Assembly: GCA_012295275.1 (NCBI GenBank)
Contig: CM022671.1
Location: 26,970,001-27,034,000 of the forward strand
Length of the DNA stretch: 64,000 nucleotides
Source of the DNA: Chrysomallon squamiferum
Taxonomy: Eukaryota; Animalia; Mollusca
Direction: 5' to 3'
A program made the translations under genes and the position numbers. How positions within the stretch are numbered: position 1 is the first letter of the stretch; the number at the start of each line of letters is the position of its first letter. This document shows, in pieces, positions 1 through 13,352 of this stretch. The notes under the pieces are model-generated. The model searched no databases and was not told the DNA's origin. It worked only from the letters and a program-made list of their open reading frames with translations.

Positions 1-451
1 TTACTCTCCTAAGTAAATAAACTCATGGAAAAGACATGTCGCACGACAACATTTTTGATGAGGTTGCAAATTCTGACTCGTTAACATGTTTTAATATGTC
101 TTCTTAATATGACTGCATTAACCTTACGTCCGAAATTGTTTCTTGGAAAATTTCGGAGAGTAGAGGAAAAGTTCAGAATAACGTTTCTCATTTTATTCGT
201 TACATTGCAGGCTAACCACAGTGCTGAACGAAATGACGACTGAAGTCATGAAGTTAGAGACAAGCTGAGCGTATTTTTCTGAGATGTACAGTGATATAGT
301 CTGGACATAATGTAATGACACTGTGAAAAATCACTGAAGATTTTTAAATTGTGTGTTCCTTTCTAACTGTCTTGTCGTTTGGGACTGCATACATGTATTT
401 TGTTTAATTACTTATTCACATAACAACTGTTAATTATTCTCACAAATACAG

Positions 452-890
452 CATTGATTGCAATTGTAAAATTATGTCCATCAGGTACATTTCGTTATTT
501 GTTCGTCAAGAAATGTCAGTAGCTAAACCGTCTTAACTGGTAACTGTAGAATTCTTAAGCGTAACGTCCATACACGTGTCCAGTGTATTTCTCTATCACT
601 AGTGCTAAAATTTATTTTATTTTTAATATTTCTATTTTCATATTAATTAATAAATATTTCGTTATAGTCTACTCTACATGTGAACGATGAGACAAAATGG
701 ACAGGGGAACCCACCAACCAGCACATGATCTGTGTTACAACGTGCAAGTTATGACACACACCCTTTTTTTTTCATTTTTTTTTCTGTGTCGCAATTTCAT
801 ACACACAGACAGTGATGTATTCATTATTATGATTTTACTTTACAGCGTTTCTCGTTGGTTCAAATGTACTGAGTGATTATCATAATCGAG
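452..890 (+). CDS. Tentative 5' (signal/pro-region) micro-exons of the CAP/CRISP gene: 452-484 and 846-890
   Basis: Both are flanked by AG/GT, are phase 1-1 and open: (x)LIAIVKLCPS and (A)FLVGSNVLSDYHNR(E). They join in frame to exon 5731. No ATG exon was identified; it may lie outside the window. Confidence 0.35.
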
Positions 891-1145
891 GTAAAAGCAA
901 TAAAACAAAAGTTATCAAGACACATCACATTAAACTGTCGCGACCAATATGTCTGATTATGTTACGTTTATATCTTTATACAATAATTTATTAGCTCTGT
1001 TACATTATTAGCATATTATTTATTATTATTATTATGATTATCAGCCTCAAAATGTCATTTTGGAATGAAATATCTGGGTTGTTTTATTGGGCAAATTTCA
1101 TTCCGAAAATGACAATTTAAATTTTTTTTTTTTTTTTTTTTTTTA

Positions 1146-1176
<31 letters not shown>

Positions 1177-2624
1177 TATTTTAAAAATATAAAATATCTC
1201 TATTCCGATAGAAACGATATGCAATGAAATAATTCGTTTATGTCTACGGTTACCGTTTGAAGTCTTCCGATATCTTGCGATTAATGACATAACTGACTTC
1301 AAAGACATCAGTTTATGACTCTTTTCAAAAAGAGCCTAGTTACAACCATAGCAACTACAATGTTAATGTTCTTTTTTTCTTTCCTCCCCTTCCCACATAC
1401 ATACATGCATACATACACACATATATATAAATATATATAAATATATGGATATATATGTATATATATATATATGAGTTGTCTATATTCAGAATAAAGAGCA
1501 GTAAATATACAATGCATGCAAATATATACAATTTTTACTTATAGTGTGATATATCCCATAGTCAAAACATTTCTTTATCTTGATTTCAAATCACTGTAGT
1601 TAAAAAACATCAAAAGATAAAAAGCATGAAGTAGAATGCATTTAAAACATCAGCACGTCAGCTTAAAAAAAAAAAAATAACAATGACAATCTTTCAAGAT
1701 CCGATAATAATGCCAGAGCTGGCGAAAGTGATGTGGTGTACAAAAAAACAACCCCAAAAAAGCAATATATGCAAAAGCTCTCTAACGCATAGACGGTGTC
1801 TGCGTGAAACTTTGCATCTGGTTCGTTACAACAACGTGCTCCTTACAGTAACATGCTTGGGTTGTTCGCGTCTGAATCACACCCATAGCGTGCTTGTGAT
1901 GCTGGGATGTAATTTGTGGCACACCTGTCGTGATTTTTCATCACTCTGGATGTGTGACAAGCCGGCTAGCTCGTATCTGTACTCGAGCTGCACGTGCAAT
2001 TGCAGTTATTCACTAGGCACGTGCGTTTTTTTTTTTTTCTGTTTTTTTTTTTTTTTTTTTTTTTTAACTATTTCGCGTATTTTTACATACCGTAACGTTT
2101 GGGCCGTCTTGCTTTACTCTGATTCGGTTTCAGTTTGTTGTACATTATTATTTATTTATTATTTTAATTTCTTTTGGATATAGTTATTTCTCTACAAACA
2201 AACAAACAAAAACCAAATAAAAAATAAAAATAAAGAAATAAAGAAAATTAAAAAAAAAGAAAGAAAGCAAGAAAGAAATATAACAGCAACAACAAAAAAT
2301 AAATACGAGGGATCAGGAATATTATTACTTTAACAAATTATCAAAGGTAATAGTACCGCATTCCTGTACTTTCTTTTTTTTTTTTTTTTTTTTTTTTTTT
2401 GACAGGTTATATTTATTACTATCTGCGACAGCTTCAAGGGGAGGAAAGAGTACAAGAGAGAAAAATCAGAGAGAGTGAGAGAGGCTAGAAAGAACGAGAG
2501 ACAAGCAGAGGGTCAGACAAAAAAATCAGATTAACTGACAATTTTAATGTATTGAGTAATCTTTCAGAAATAAAACAAATAAATACATCTTAAAACTTGT
2601 TTACAATATCCTATTAAATACACA

Positions 2625-3020
2625 AACATGTAGTTCTGACGACAGTTTGCCCTGTAATTCTAGAATATTGTTTGTCCGTGTGTAGTTCTAAAATATTGTT
2701 TGGCGATAGTGTATTCCTGTAATTCAAGAATAGTGTATGTCCATGGTTTAAACTGTAGTTGTAGAATAATGTCTGTCTACACTTTACTTTGGAATTCTAA
2801 AATGTCGCTTGTTTATAGTTTACCTTGTTATTCTACAATGCCGCTTATCTACGATTTGCCCTGTAATTCTAGATTATTGTCTCTCTAGAGCTGAATCTGG
2901 AATTCTAGAATATCGTTTGTTTATAGTTTACCTTTGTATTCTAGTATATTCTTGATCTATCGTTTGACTTGTAATTCTAGAATATTGTTCATTTATAGTT
3001 TGCCCGGTAATGCTAGAATA
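2625..3020. repeat. Degenerate ~33-bp tandem repeat (gtttgccctgtaattctagaatattgttt-like)
   Basis: The core ctgtaattctagaat recurs about every 33 bp; related copies lie near 14790-14900. Confidence 0.6.
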
Positions 3021-3244
3021 GTGTGGGTTTTTGTGGGTTTTTGTGTGGTTTTATTTGGTTATATATGAGTGTGTGTGTATGTATGTGTATATGTATGTAT
3101 GTGTCAAATCTGTAAAAAAAAAAATAATAATAAAAAAAAATATAAATAATTATCGAAAATTATTTAATAATAAATCTCTTTTCGATAATTATTTTTTTTA
3201 TTATTATTATTTTTTTTTTTTACAGATTTGACGTCTAATTGTAG

Positions 3245-3625
3245 ACACTGTTTGTCTACAATGTACACAGACGTGGCAGTTGAGGCATATGAGGAAAATG
3301 CCTCTTACCGAAACAGACGACTTTTTATTGTATTTTATATACAAAGATTTCATTTTTAAAATATATAAAATATAAATCTCTATTCCGATAGAAACGATAT
3401 CCGCTGAATGAAATTGTTTATGTCTACGGTTACCATCTGAAGTCTACCGACATCGTTGCGATGAAAGACATAACGACTTCGAGGACATTATTTTTGCCTT
3501 AATTTTAAAAAAGTCTAGATACGGCCATGTACCTCCTGTACTTTCATACTTCACCACACCTTTTTCCATTCCAAATTTCAAACAGTTTATGCAAATGCAC
3601 AAACAATAAACCATATGTATGTATC

Positions 3626-3662
<37 letters not shown>

Positions 3663-4300
3663 TATTTTTAAATTGTTTTTGAAATAAATGCGTAATAAAT
3701 AATCCTGCCTGATTCTGTATAATTTTACCAGTTCGTGTTTTTCGTAAACTTTAACATAAATCTGATACAGAAATGTTGTTTCACTTTCTTACTGTTGCCT
3801 TTCTTTTCGTTGGTAGAGGTAAGATACTAAACTAATATATGTGTATATGGATGCATGTATTTGTGTATATATGTATATATGTTTGTATGTATGTATGTAT
3901 GTATGTGTATGTGTGAATGTATGTGCGTTTGTATGTGTATGTGTGTGTGTATATGTATGTAGAGAAATGCAACATTAAGGTATTTAACTTTCAGGAAATA
4001 TTATAATAAAAAGGTTAACCGACTATTGCTTCAATATTGTTGAAACAAAATCAGAATAAATCTCTATTTTCCAGAAACTCAATATTTTTATAAAACATTT
4101 TACACTGAAACATTCAAATTGTTTCATCAGCGTATAAACTGCTTTTCAGTGCATTTTCTCTGCCATGTGTTTTTTGTGGGTACGTAAAGTTCTCGCTTTT
4201 TAAAATAATTCATCTTTCTTGAATCGTCCTCTTAACAATTTCAACCGAACGCAAATCTGTGAATCGTAATGCAAATCAGCGGAAATCTGCGAGAAATCCT
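3245..4300 (+). repeat. ~1-kb block duplicated in direct orientation at ~14890-15772
   Basis: Collinear shared segments, e.g. tgtacacagacgtggcagt, aattgtttcatcagcgtataaactgcttttc and aatcagcggaaatct. Confidence 0.75.
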
Positions 4301-4447
4301 AGAAGTTTAATAACTAGAAGTTTAATAACTAGAAGTTTAACCAACTGTTGCTACATTACTTTGAAATTTGAGAGGCGTCTGTGTCTCTCAGCGAAATTTG
4401 GCTTAAGACGAGAGAAACAACGAAATGATTAGAAGATTATGGATATG

Positions 4448-4714
4448 CATGGCCGTAACTAGACTCTTTTTGCAATTAGATAAAAAATAAATAAATTAAT
4501 TAATTAATTAATTAATCGCCAAGAGGAGCGGGGTAAACAATTGAGTGCTATCGTGATGTTAAATGACAATATACATTGATTCAGGACAAGAAACCGGGCA
4601 AAGACTGAAACGCGTGAAAACGATGCCTTAAATCATCAAGAAAAAGAAAGAAAAAAAAGAAATAGTCAATTTGTGTATGTAATAGGTTATTGCCTCAATG
4701 TAGTTACGGCCATG
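4448..4714. mobile_element. MITE with 14-bp terminal inverted repeat CATGGCCGTAACTA
   Basis: catggccgtaacta at 4448-4461 and its exact reverse complement at 4701-4714. The same termini occur on partial copies at ~1180-1350, ~3280-3529 and ~14957-15200. Confidence 0.65.
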
Positions 4715-4942
4715 CCATGTACGTTCAGGAATACAATTGAAACATTTCAAACCTTTACAACTACGGCGACGTAGCGTATGACGTTTCATAGTTAGTTAGA
4801 AGATGATATGAGACATTTAAATTTCGCAAGATGACTTACAAACAGTTCAAAGTCAGTCTGTGAAAACAACGAAGTAATTATAAAACAATAAAGCAAAATT
4901 TACATAGGACCTATTCACTGACTTTATTTTTCAATTAAACCC

Positions 4943-5007
<65 letters not shown>

Positions 5008-5730
5008 GATTATTATTATTATTATTATTGATATATATATAGGTATTGATAAATTTACAGTTTAATTACTAGCAGTCTTTCAACTTTCGTCATGACATGC
5101 TGAGACATTCTGAAATTGCGAGACTTTTGTGAATAAAACTACTTTGTGTCTGCGTTATGAATATATCGGTCTTGCTTCAAACATAATATTTATCGCAGTA
5201 ACATTAACTGCAGAATAATATAGACTTGCCTAGTCTTTACAGTATAACAGCTTAAATGATATTATCATCATCATTATCGTCATCAAAATCATCATTATAA
5301 TTTTTACTATTATTGTTGGTGGTAGTGTTGTTATTGTTACTATTATTATTATTACCTTTATTGTTATTTTTACATTGCTGTTATCATTGTTGTTATTGCT
5401 GCTGTTGATATGTTGTTGCCGCTGTTGTCATTATTATTATTTGCTGCTGCTGTTCTTGCTACTTTCGTTGCTTTGTTTATGTTTTTGTTTTAAGCTAAGT
5501 TGGTCAAAAAAAATTAAATGTATTTTAATGCGTACGAATCAGATATTTTATTAACTGGATGATGGTGACGTTACTTCAAATAAATTAATTGCTACCAATT
5601 TTCATTTTCTTTCCTTATCTCTTCTTATTCACTTTTTCCTTTCTCCACTTTGTTAATTAATTAATTATTAGTATTTTATTTTTATTATTTTTGTTTTTAT
5701 TTAATTTATTATTTTTCCTTATCTCAACAG

Positions 5731-5943
5731 AGCCGAAGGAGACGTCAAGTAAGCTGAGATACGACGTAAGTGACATTACATTAACGTTCATTTTAGTGTT
5801 TCAGTGTGCTTTCTTTCACCATCGGTTCACACACGCACATGTACACGTAAGAATACACGCTGGCACACAAATGCACGTTTACAAAATGATGTTAAAATAA
5901 AAGAAAATTCCAGCAATATTCTCAAAAGCTCGTTATTTGTTAT

Positions 5944-5979
<36 letters not shown>

Positions 5980-6904
5980 TCATTCATTCATAAATAAATA
6001 AAAATAACTCTTTATTACTACCATCATTGCTCTACTACTACTGCTACTATCATTACCATCACTACTACTAGTATTACCACTACTACAACTATTATTACTA
6101 CTGCTTCTGTTATTACTACTACCACTACCACCACCACCACCACCACCACCACTACTACCTTTACTATCACTACTAATATTATTTTTTACTACCACTACTA
6201 CCATTACTACTAATATTATTTTTTACTATTACTACTACTACTACTGTTACTACTTGTTCATTTTGTAGATTTTGAACTGTCCAGCTGAGTATGTACACCA
6301 GTACTTTAAACACACGATGTGCCTTGTTGACGTGGGACTGACCGTTCATATCCGACAATCAGCCAAGGAAGCAATCGTCCACAGACACAACGTGCTACGT
6401 TTAACAGTGTCTCCTGCGGCGGCTGATATGCAGAAAATGGTAAATAATAATATTAATAATAATAATAATAATAATAACAATAACAATAACAACAACAACA
6501 ACAACAACAACAGCAGTAGTAGTAATAAATAACAATAATAATAATAATAATAAAATAATCATTTTAATAATAATTGTATAAATAATAATACCAATAATCA
6601 TAATAATAACAACAACAACAACAACAACAATAATAATAATAATAATAACAATAACAACAACAAGACTCTTTTCGTTTCCATGAATGAGACTGACATTATG
6701 TTAAACATTTTCTTCTCCTTTTTTTCTTTTCTTTCTTTTTCTTTCCATCTTTCGTTTTTATTTTCTTACATGATTTCTTTGTTCGTTCCTTCATTTTATT
6801 CACATATTTACGTTTATTGGTGTATTTTGTGCAACACAATGAATTTTGTTGCTGAGAACAGATAGTTAAATTAATGCATTATACTAATAATCTGCTTAGT
6901 GATA

Positions 6905-7003
<99 letters not shown>

Positions 7004-7502
7004 CACACGCACACTAACGCACACACATAAATATTATACATATATATATATATATACATCTAATATGGGGATGCCATTATATTATAACTAACATTTTTCC
7101 CACGTTCTACTATTACTAATATTACTATTTTATTACTACTACTACTACTGCCACTACCACCACTACAAATATTTTTGAAAACGCTAATACAACTATTATT
7201 ACTACTGCTGCTAATTATAATAATAATACCACTATTATCACTACTTTTACTAGTACCACTGTTGCTTCTACTGACTTTAATATTAATAAAATTTCTTTTA
7301 CTACTTCTACCACTACTATTACCACTACTATTAGCACTGCTATTGAAACTACCACTGTTACAGCTATCACTGCTACTACATTTAATAGAGATGACGACGA
7401 TGACGTTGATGGTGATAGAACTCTGGAATTTCTATTGGCTTAATTTAAATTTTTCTTTCTTTATCTCTATCTGTCCATCTATATTCATTTTACTTATATT
7501 TT

Positions 7503-7552
<50 letters not shown>

Positions 7553-7725
7553 TTTATTTTATTTTTTCTCTAGTTTTGGGACGATAATCTGGCCTTGTTA
7601 GCTGACAAGTGGGCAAAACAGTGCATATTAGGACATGATGCTGCGAAGGCAAGAACGAGTCCAGGTCACAGAAAACATTTGTGAAATTGTTTTTCACACG
7701 AAATTTTAATATGTATGTTTGTATG

Positions 7726-7771
<46 letters not shown>

Positions 7772-7853
7772 TGTATGTATGCGAGTATCTATGTACTATT
7801 ACCATTATTATTACTTTTATTATCATTATCATTATTATTAATATTGTGGTTAA

Positions 7854-7902
<49 letters not shown>

Positions 7903-7991
7903 CAACCAATGTTAGCTTGTACTGAATACTTAACTTTCGGAATATTAATTACGAAGTAGAGTTGTTCTTTTTTCTTCATATTCTTCTTCTT

Positions 7992-8073
<82 letters not shown>

Positions 8074-11000
8074 TTATACTCTGTAATCTCTGTTAGCTTA
8101 TAATCGATGCAGATTATATTTCAGATATGAATATTAATAGACATGTTTTACAAGTCAAGAATGTCTTATAATCAATTCTAACTCTCAGAAAAATAAAACG
8201 TAATGTTATTGTTTTTTCGGTTTTTTAATTTATTTTATTTTTTTCCCCCATCAGCACTACCAGGCATTTCCATTGGACAGAATGCAGCATTTGGCTATAA
8301 AAATTATACAACTGCCATAGATTCTTGGTACAGCGAGAAAGCACATTTTCTCTTTGGCATCGGAAGCTATGATAGATCGCCAGTTGGTCATTATACACAG
8401 GTTACTACTGCAGTACTATTCTTTATAACATTATACACAGATCTGTACTGCAGTGATACTTTTTCTGACATCAGTACTACAGTAATACTCTTCATGAGAC
8501 TAGTACTGTGGTAATACACTTTATGACATTAGTACTGTAGTAATAGACTTTATGACACTAGAAGTGTAGTAATACACTGTATGACACAAGTACTGTAGTA
8601 ATACACTTTGTGACACTAGAAATGTAGTAATAGACTTTATGACACTAGAAATGTAGTAATACACTGTATGATACTAGTACTGTAGTAATACACTTTGTGA
8701 CATTAGAAATGTAGTAATACATTGTATGACACTAGTACTGCAGTAATACACTGTTTGACACTAGTAATGTAGTACTACACTTTGGGACACTAGTACTGTA
8801 GTAATACACTTTGTGACACTAGTAATGTAGTAATACACTTTGGGACACTAGTACTGTAGTAATACACTTTGTGACACTAGTAATGTAGTAATACACTGTG
8901 TGACACTAGAAATGTAGTAATACACTTTGTGACACTAGTAATGTAGAAATACACTGTGTGACACTAGAAATGTAGTAATACACTGTGTGACACTAGTAAT
9001 GTAGTAATACACTTTGTGACACTAGTAATGCAGTAATACACTTTGTGACACTAGTAATGTAGTAATATACTTTATGACACTAGTAATGTAGTAATACACT
9101 GTGTGACACTAGTAATGTAGTAATACACTGTGTGACACTAGTAATGCAGTAATACACTTTATGACACTAGTAATGCAGTAATACACTGTGTGACACTAGT
9201 ACTGCAGTGATATACTTTATGACACTAGTAATGTAGTAATACACTTTGTGACACTAGTAATGTAGTAATACACTTTGTGACACTAGAAATGTAGTAATAC
9301 ACTTTGTGACACTAGTAATGTAGAAATACACTTTGTGACACTAGAAATGTAGTAATATACTTTGTGACACTAGTAATGTAGTAATACACTGTGTGACACT
9401 AGTAATGTAGTAATACACTTTGTGACACTAGTAATGTAGTAATACACTGTGTGACACTAGAAATGTAGTAATACACTGTGTGACACTAGAAATGTAGTAA
9501 TACACTGTGTGACACTAGTAATGTAGTAATATACTGTGTGACACTAGTAATGTAGTAATACACTGTGTGACACTAGTAATGCAGTAATACACTGTGTGAC
9601 ACTAGTAATGTAGTAATACACTGTGTGACACTAGAAATGTAGTAATACACTTTGTGACACTAGAAATGTAGTAATACACTTTGTGACGGTAGTATTGCAG
9701 TAATACACTTTGTGACACTAGTAATGTAGTAATACACTTTGTGACACTAGTACTGCAGTGATATACTTTATGACACTAGTACTGCAGTAATACACTGTGT
9801 GACACTAGTACTGCAGTGATATACTTTATGACACTAGAAATGTAGTAATACACTGTGTGACACTAGAAATGTAGTAATACACTGTGTGACACTAGAAATG
9901 TAGTAATACACTTTGTGACACTAGTAATGTAGTAATACACTTTGTGACACTAGTACTGCAGTGATATACTTTATGACACTAGTAATGTAGTAATACACTG
10001 TGTGACACTAGTAATGTAGTAATACACTGTGTGACACTAGTAATGTAGTAATACACTTTGTGACACTAGAAATGTAGTAATACACTTTGTGACACTAGTA
10101 ATGTAGTAATACACTTTGTGACACTAGTAATGCAGTAATACACTTTGTGACACTAGTACTGCAGTGATATACTTTATGACACTAGTATTGCAGTAATACA
10201 CTGTGTGACACTAGTAATGTAGTAATACACTTTATGACACTAGTACTGCAGTAAAAAAAAAAGTTGTATTGGAATTATACTCTCCACGGAAATTGTCATA
10301 GTACTATAACACTTAAAAAAGATTCAAAACAGTGTAAAAACGACGAAGTTATAATTCTGACTTTTAATTAGTACATTTTTAACCTTCAGTTTCGTTCATT
10401 GCTACGTTACAGATAGTGTTTGCCAAAAGCAATAAAATTGGCTGTGGGCATGCTTACTGCCCGAACTCTAGATTCAAAGATTATTTTATATGTAACTACG
10501 CCACTGGGTAGGTACATTTATACTATTACTGTCATTTCTGTTATTAGTGTTAATTCTACTATTACTGTTACATATATCATTAGAGTTATTTCTGTTTATT
10601 ACTTTTAATTCATTGATAGCTGTTATTTCTCTTTTTACTGCTATTCTATTGTTACTAATAATTATATGATTATGGTTAGTTCTGTTATAATTACTGCTGT
10701 TCTCGTAATGACTAGTATTTTTTATTTACTATTCACTCTGTTATTTCTAAAACTATTGTTATTTCATTTATTACTATTAATTCTATTATTACTTTATTTC
10801 TATAACTCATGCTGGTTCATTTATTACTGCCAATTCAATAATTATTGTTAATTCTATTATTACTGTTTCTTCTATTATTATTGTTAATTCTATTACTAAT
10901 GTTATTTCTATTGTTATTGTTATTTCTATTATTACTGTTAATGCAGTTGTTGCTGCTTATTCTACTATTACTGTTAATCGTATTATTGCCGCTAGTTTAA

Positions 11001-11516
11001 TTATTACTGCTATTTCTAATATTACTGTTATTTGTTATCGCTGTTATTTCTATAAATAGTGTTGCATATAAATATGTCTTGCTACATTTGTAATATAATA
11101 TTAGTTTTCGTGTTTGTTTTGTTTTGTTTGTTGTTGTTGTTGTTGTTATGTTTCTGTATAATTGTGTTTGAAGGTTAGACATTGGAGCATTCAGCTGATC
11201 AAAATTATATTTATATAATAAATGAAACATAACCTGGACAAGTATGAAAAACATTACTGATTTCTGATAATTAAAATGTCATTTGTTATTTTTTCCATTT
11301 CAGTCAAGACACTGAGAGAAGGCCTTACAAACCAGGACCTCGATGTTCGTCGTGTCTGCATTTTTGCCAAAATGGTCTTTGCGGTATGTTTCGTGTTTGT
11401 GTCGTTGATTTTCTTTGAGTATATTTTAAGGTGTTGGATGTTTCTATATTATGACTTTCAAATACGAATATTATTACTTTTAACAGGATTACTGGATCGT
11501 CAAAAAAAAATAACTT

Positions 11517-11573
<57 letters not shown>

Positions 11574-12106
11574 TATTAATTTGAATATTATTATTATTAT
11601 TATTACTGTTATTTGACAGAGGCATTGTTTATAAACTTTGAAAAGGCAATTTTGCCTATATCAGTTTCACATATTATTTGCAGACTGTCGTAGTAAACAG
11701 TGTTTGAATGGTGGTTATCTGAATGAAAGCACGTGTAGCTGTCACTGTTTACCATTGTACAAGGGCTTTTTATGTCAGAATTGTAAGTTTAAATATTTTG
11801 TACTACGTGTGTGCGCGCGGGTTGATTGTGTGTTTTGTGTGTGTGTGTGTGTGTGCGCGTGCGTGTGTGTGTGTGTATATATGTAGCCATTTCACCTACT
11901 TATGTGTAGACGTGTATCCATCACATCACATGCACACATACAGCAAAAATATCAGAATCTTAAATACCAGTAACGTCAGTTATCTTAAATACCAATTTTC
12001 AGCAAAATCGGAGATGGTGAGGTTTCATTTTCCCATTAGTTCAACAAGACCTGTTTATTTTTTTTTGAAAGATGGGTTTTATATCAGCAAATATTTTGTT
12101 AATTTA

Positions 12107-12151
<45 letters not shown>

Positions 12152-12497
12152 TATTTTGCTTGAATGGTTCAAAAAGCTGTTGTTTTTTGTGGGTTACACA
12201 GTTATTTAAAAATGCTTAGATACTAATCGATAAATAGCTTGATGATAGACAACATCCTTTCTCGTATTTTAGGTGTGTAACATTATTTAATAACCGCGAA
12301 ATCACATAATAACGAAAATAGGTAGAGGTGTCGTATAGAATTCATCATTTCAAATGTTTGCTTCATTCTTTTAACTTTTTTACACAGTAAACTGTACCAG
12401 AAAGGACAAGTTTTGGTGTTCGAGACAAAACCCAAAAGCCTGTCATAAATATTCTAACTTTCCCTCTGACTGTCCATTTATGTGTGGAGTATGTTGA
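5731..12497 (+). CDS. CAP/CRISP family cysteine-rich secretory protein (CAP domain + hinge + EGF-like + ShKT-like domain), multi-exon
   Basis: Phase-compatible GT-AG exons: 5731-5765, 6269-6439 (HTMC...HRHNVLR...AADMQKM), 7574-7664 (FWDDNLA..ADKWAKQC..GHD), 8255-8400 (GQN..WYSE..GHYTQ), 10413-10507 (IGCG...FICNY), 11304-11383 (PYKPGPRCSSC..CQNGLC), 11684-11782 (CLNGG..CSCHC..YKGFLC) and 12388-12497 (CPFMCGVC*). Confidence 0.92.
8401..10253. repeat. Intronic 29-bp minisatellite (gacactagtaatgtagtaatacactttgt), roughly 60 units
   Basis: Head-to-tail units with recurring point variants (gtaat/gaaat/gtact; tttg/tgtg), starting at the donor of the GHYTQ exon. Confidence 0.95.
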
Positions 12498-12564
12498 GAA
12501 CGTTGGTGAAAAAATGGAATTGTAGAAGTCGCATAGTATGAATTTACCTTAAGCAGAAGTAAAA

Positions 12565-12612
<48 letters not shown>

Positions 12613-13352
12613 TGAAAATAAAAGCGATTTTTAAAAGCCATAAGACTTACTTAATTAAAATTATGTCACTCATTCTATTAAAACACTACATACATGTAGA
12701 GATGATATCAATAGCATTATAAATATTTTTACCATGTGTCGACAATTTTATGAAACTTTTTTTTTTTTTTTAGGAATTTTTTTTTTTTTTTTTTTTTTAT
12801 GAAAATGGAGATAAAAAAAAGAAAAGAAAAAAAAAGAACATAAAAAAACACAGCTTGTGGAGATGCTGATGTTATCTCTGTCAGTTATTACAGCACACGT
12901 TCAATGTTAGAAACAATGTTTGACACATTCCACTCCACTGATGTATATAATATGAATATTTATATCATGCACGTCTCTCTGAATATTATTTATTCATTCA
13001 TTCATTAATTTCGTTCGTTTATTTTATTTTATTTTGTTTTATTTGATCATACTGTGAAAATATTTTCTACAACATATCAATATTTCCGTTAGGTTATATT
13101 TTTAAAATATTTTATTACCTTCAAAAACATAACAGATTAAGGTAAAAATTGTTTCTTCTTAAGTTATCTTTGAAAAGCAAAAAAAAAAAAAAAAAAAAGC
13201 AATTAACTGGAAATACTTACATTAATTAATACTTTAAAAATATTTTATTATCTTCAAAAACATGACAGATTAAGATAAAAACTATTTCTTCTTTAATTAT
13301 ATTTGAAAAAAAAAAAAAAAAAAAAAGTAACAAAATGAAAATGGGGATTAAT

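Noticed and set aside
1683-2183. 166-aa Cys-containing ORF
   Set aside because: No recognisable motif or convincing splice context on either strand, and it runs through poly-T.
8270-8290. GQN instead of GEN in the CAP motif as a sign of inactivation
   Set aside because: GQN is common in invertebrate CAP proteins, and both His residues and the WxxE Glu are present.
8401-10253. CRISPR-like array
   Set aside because: Units are contiguous with no unique spacers, there are no cas genes, and the array lies in a eukaryotic intron.
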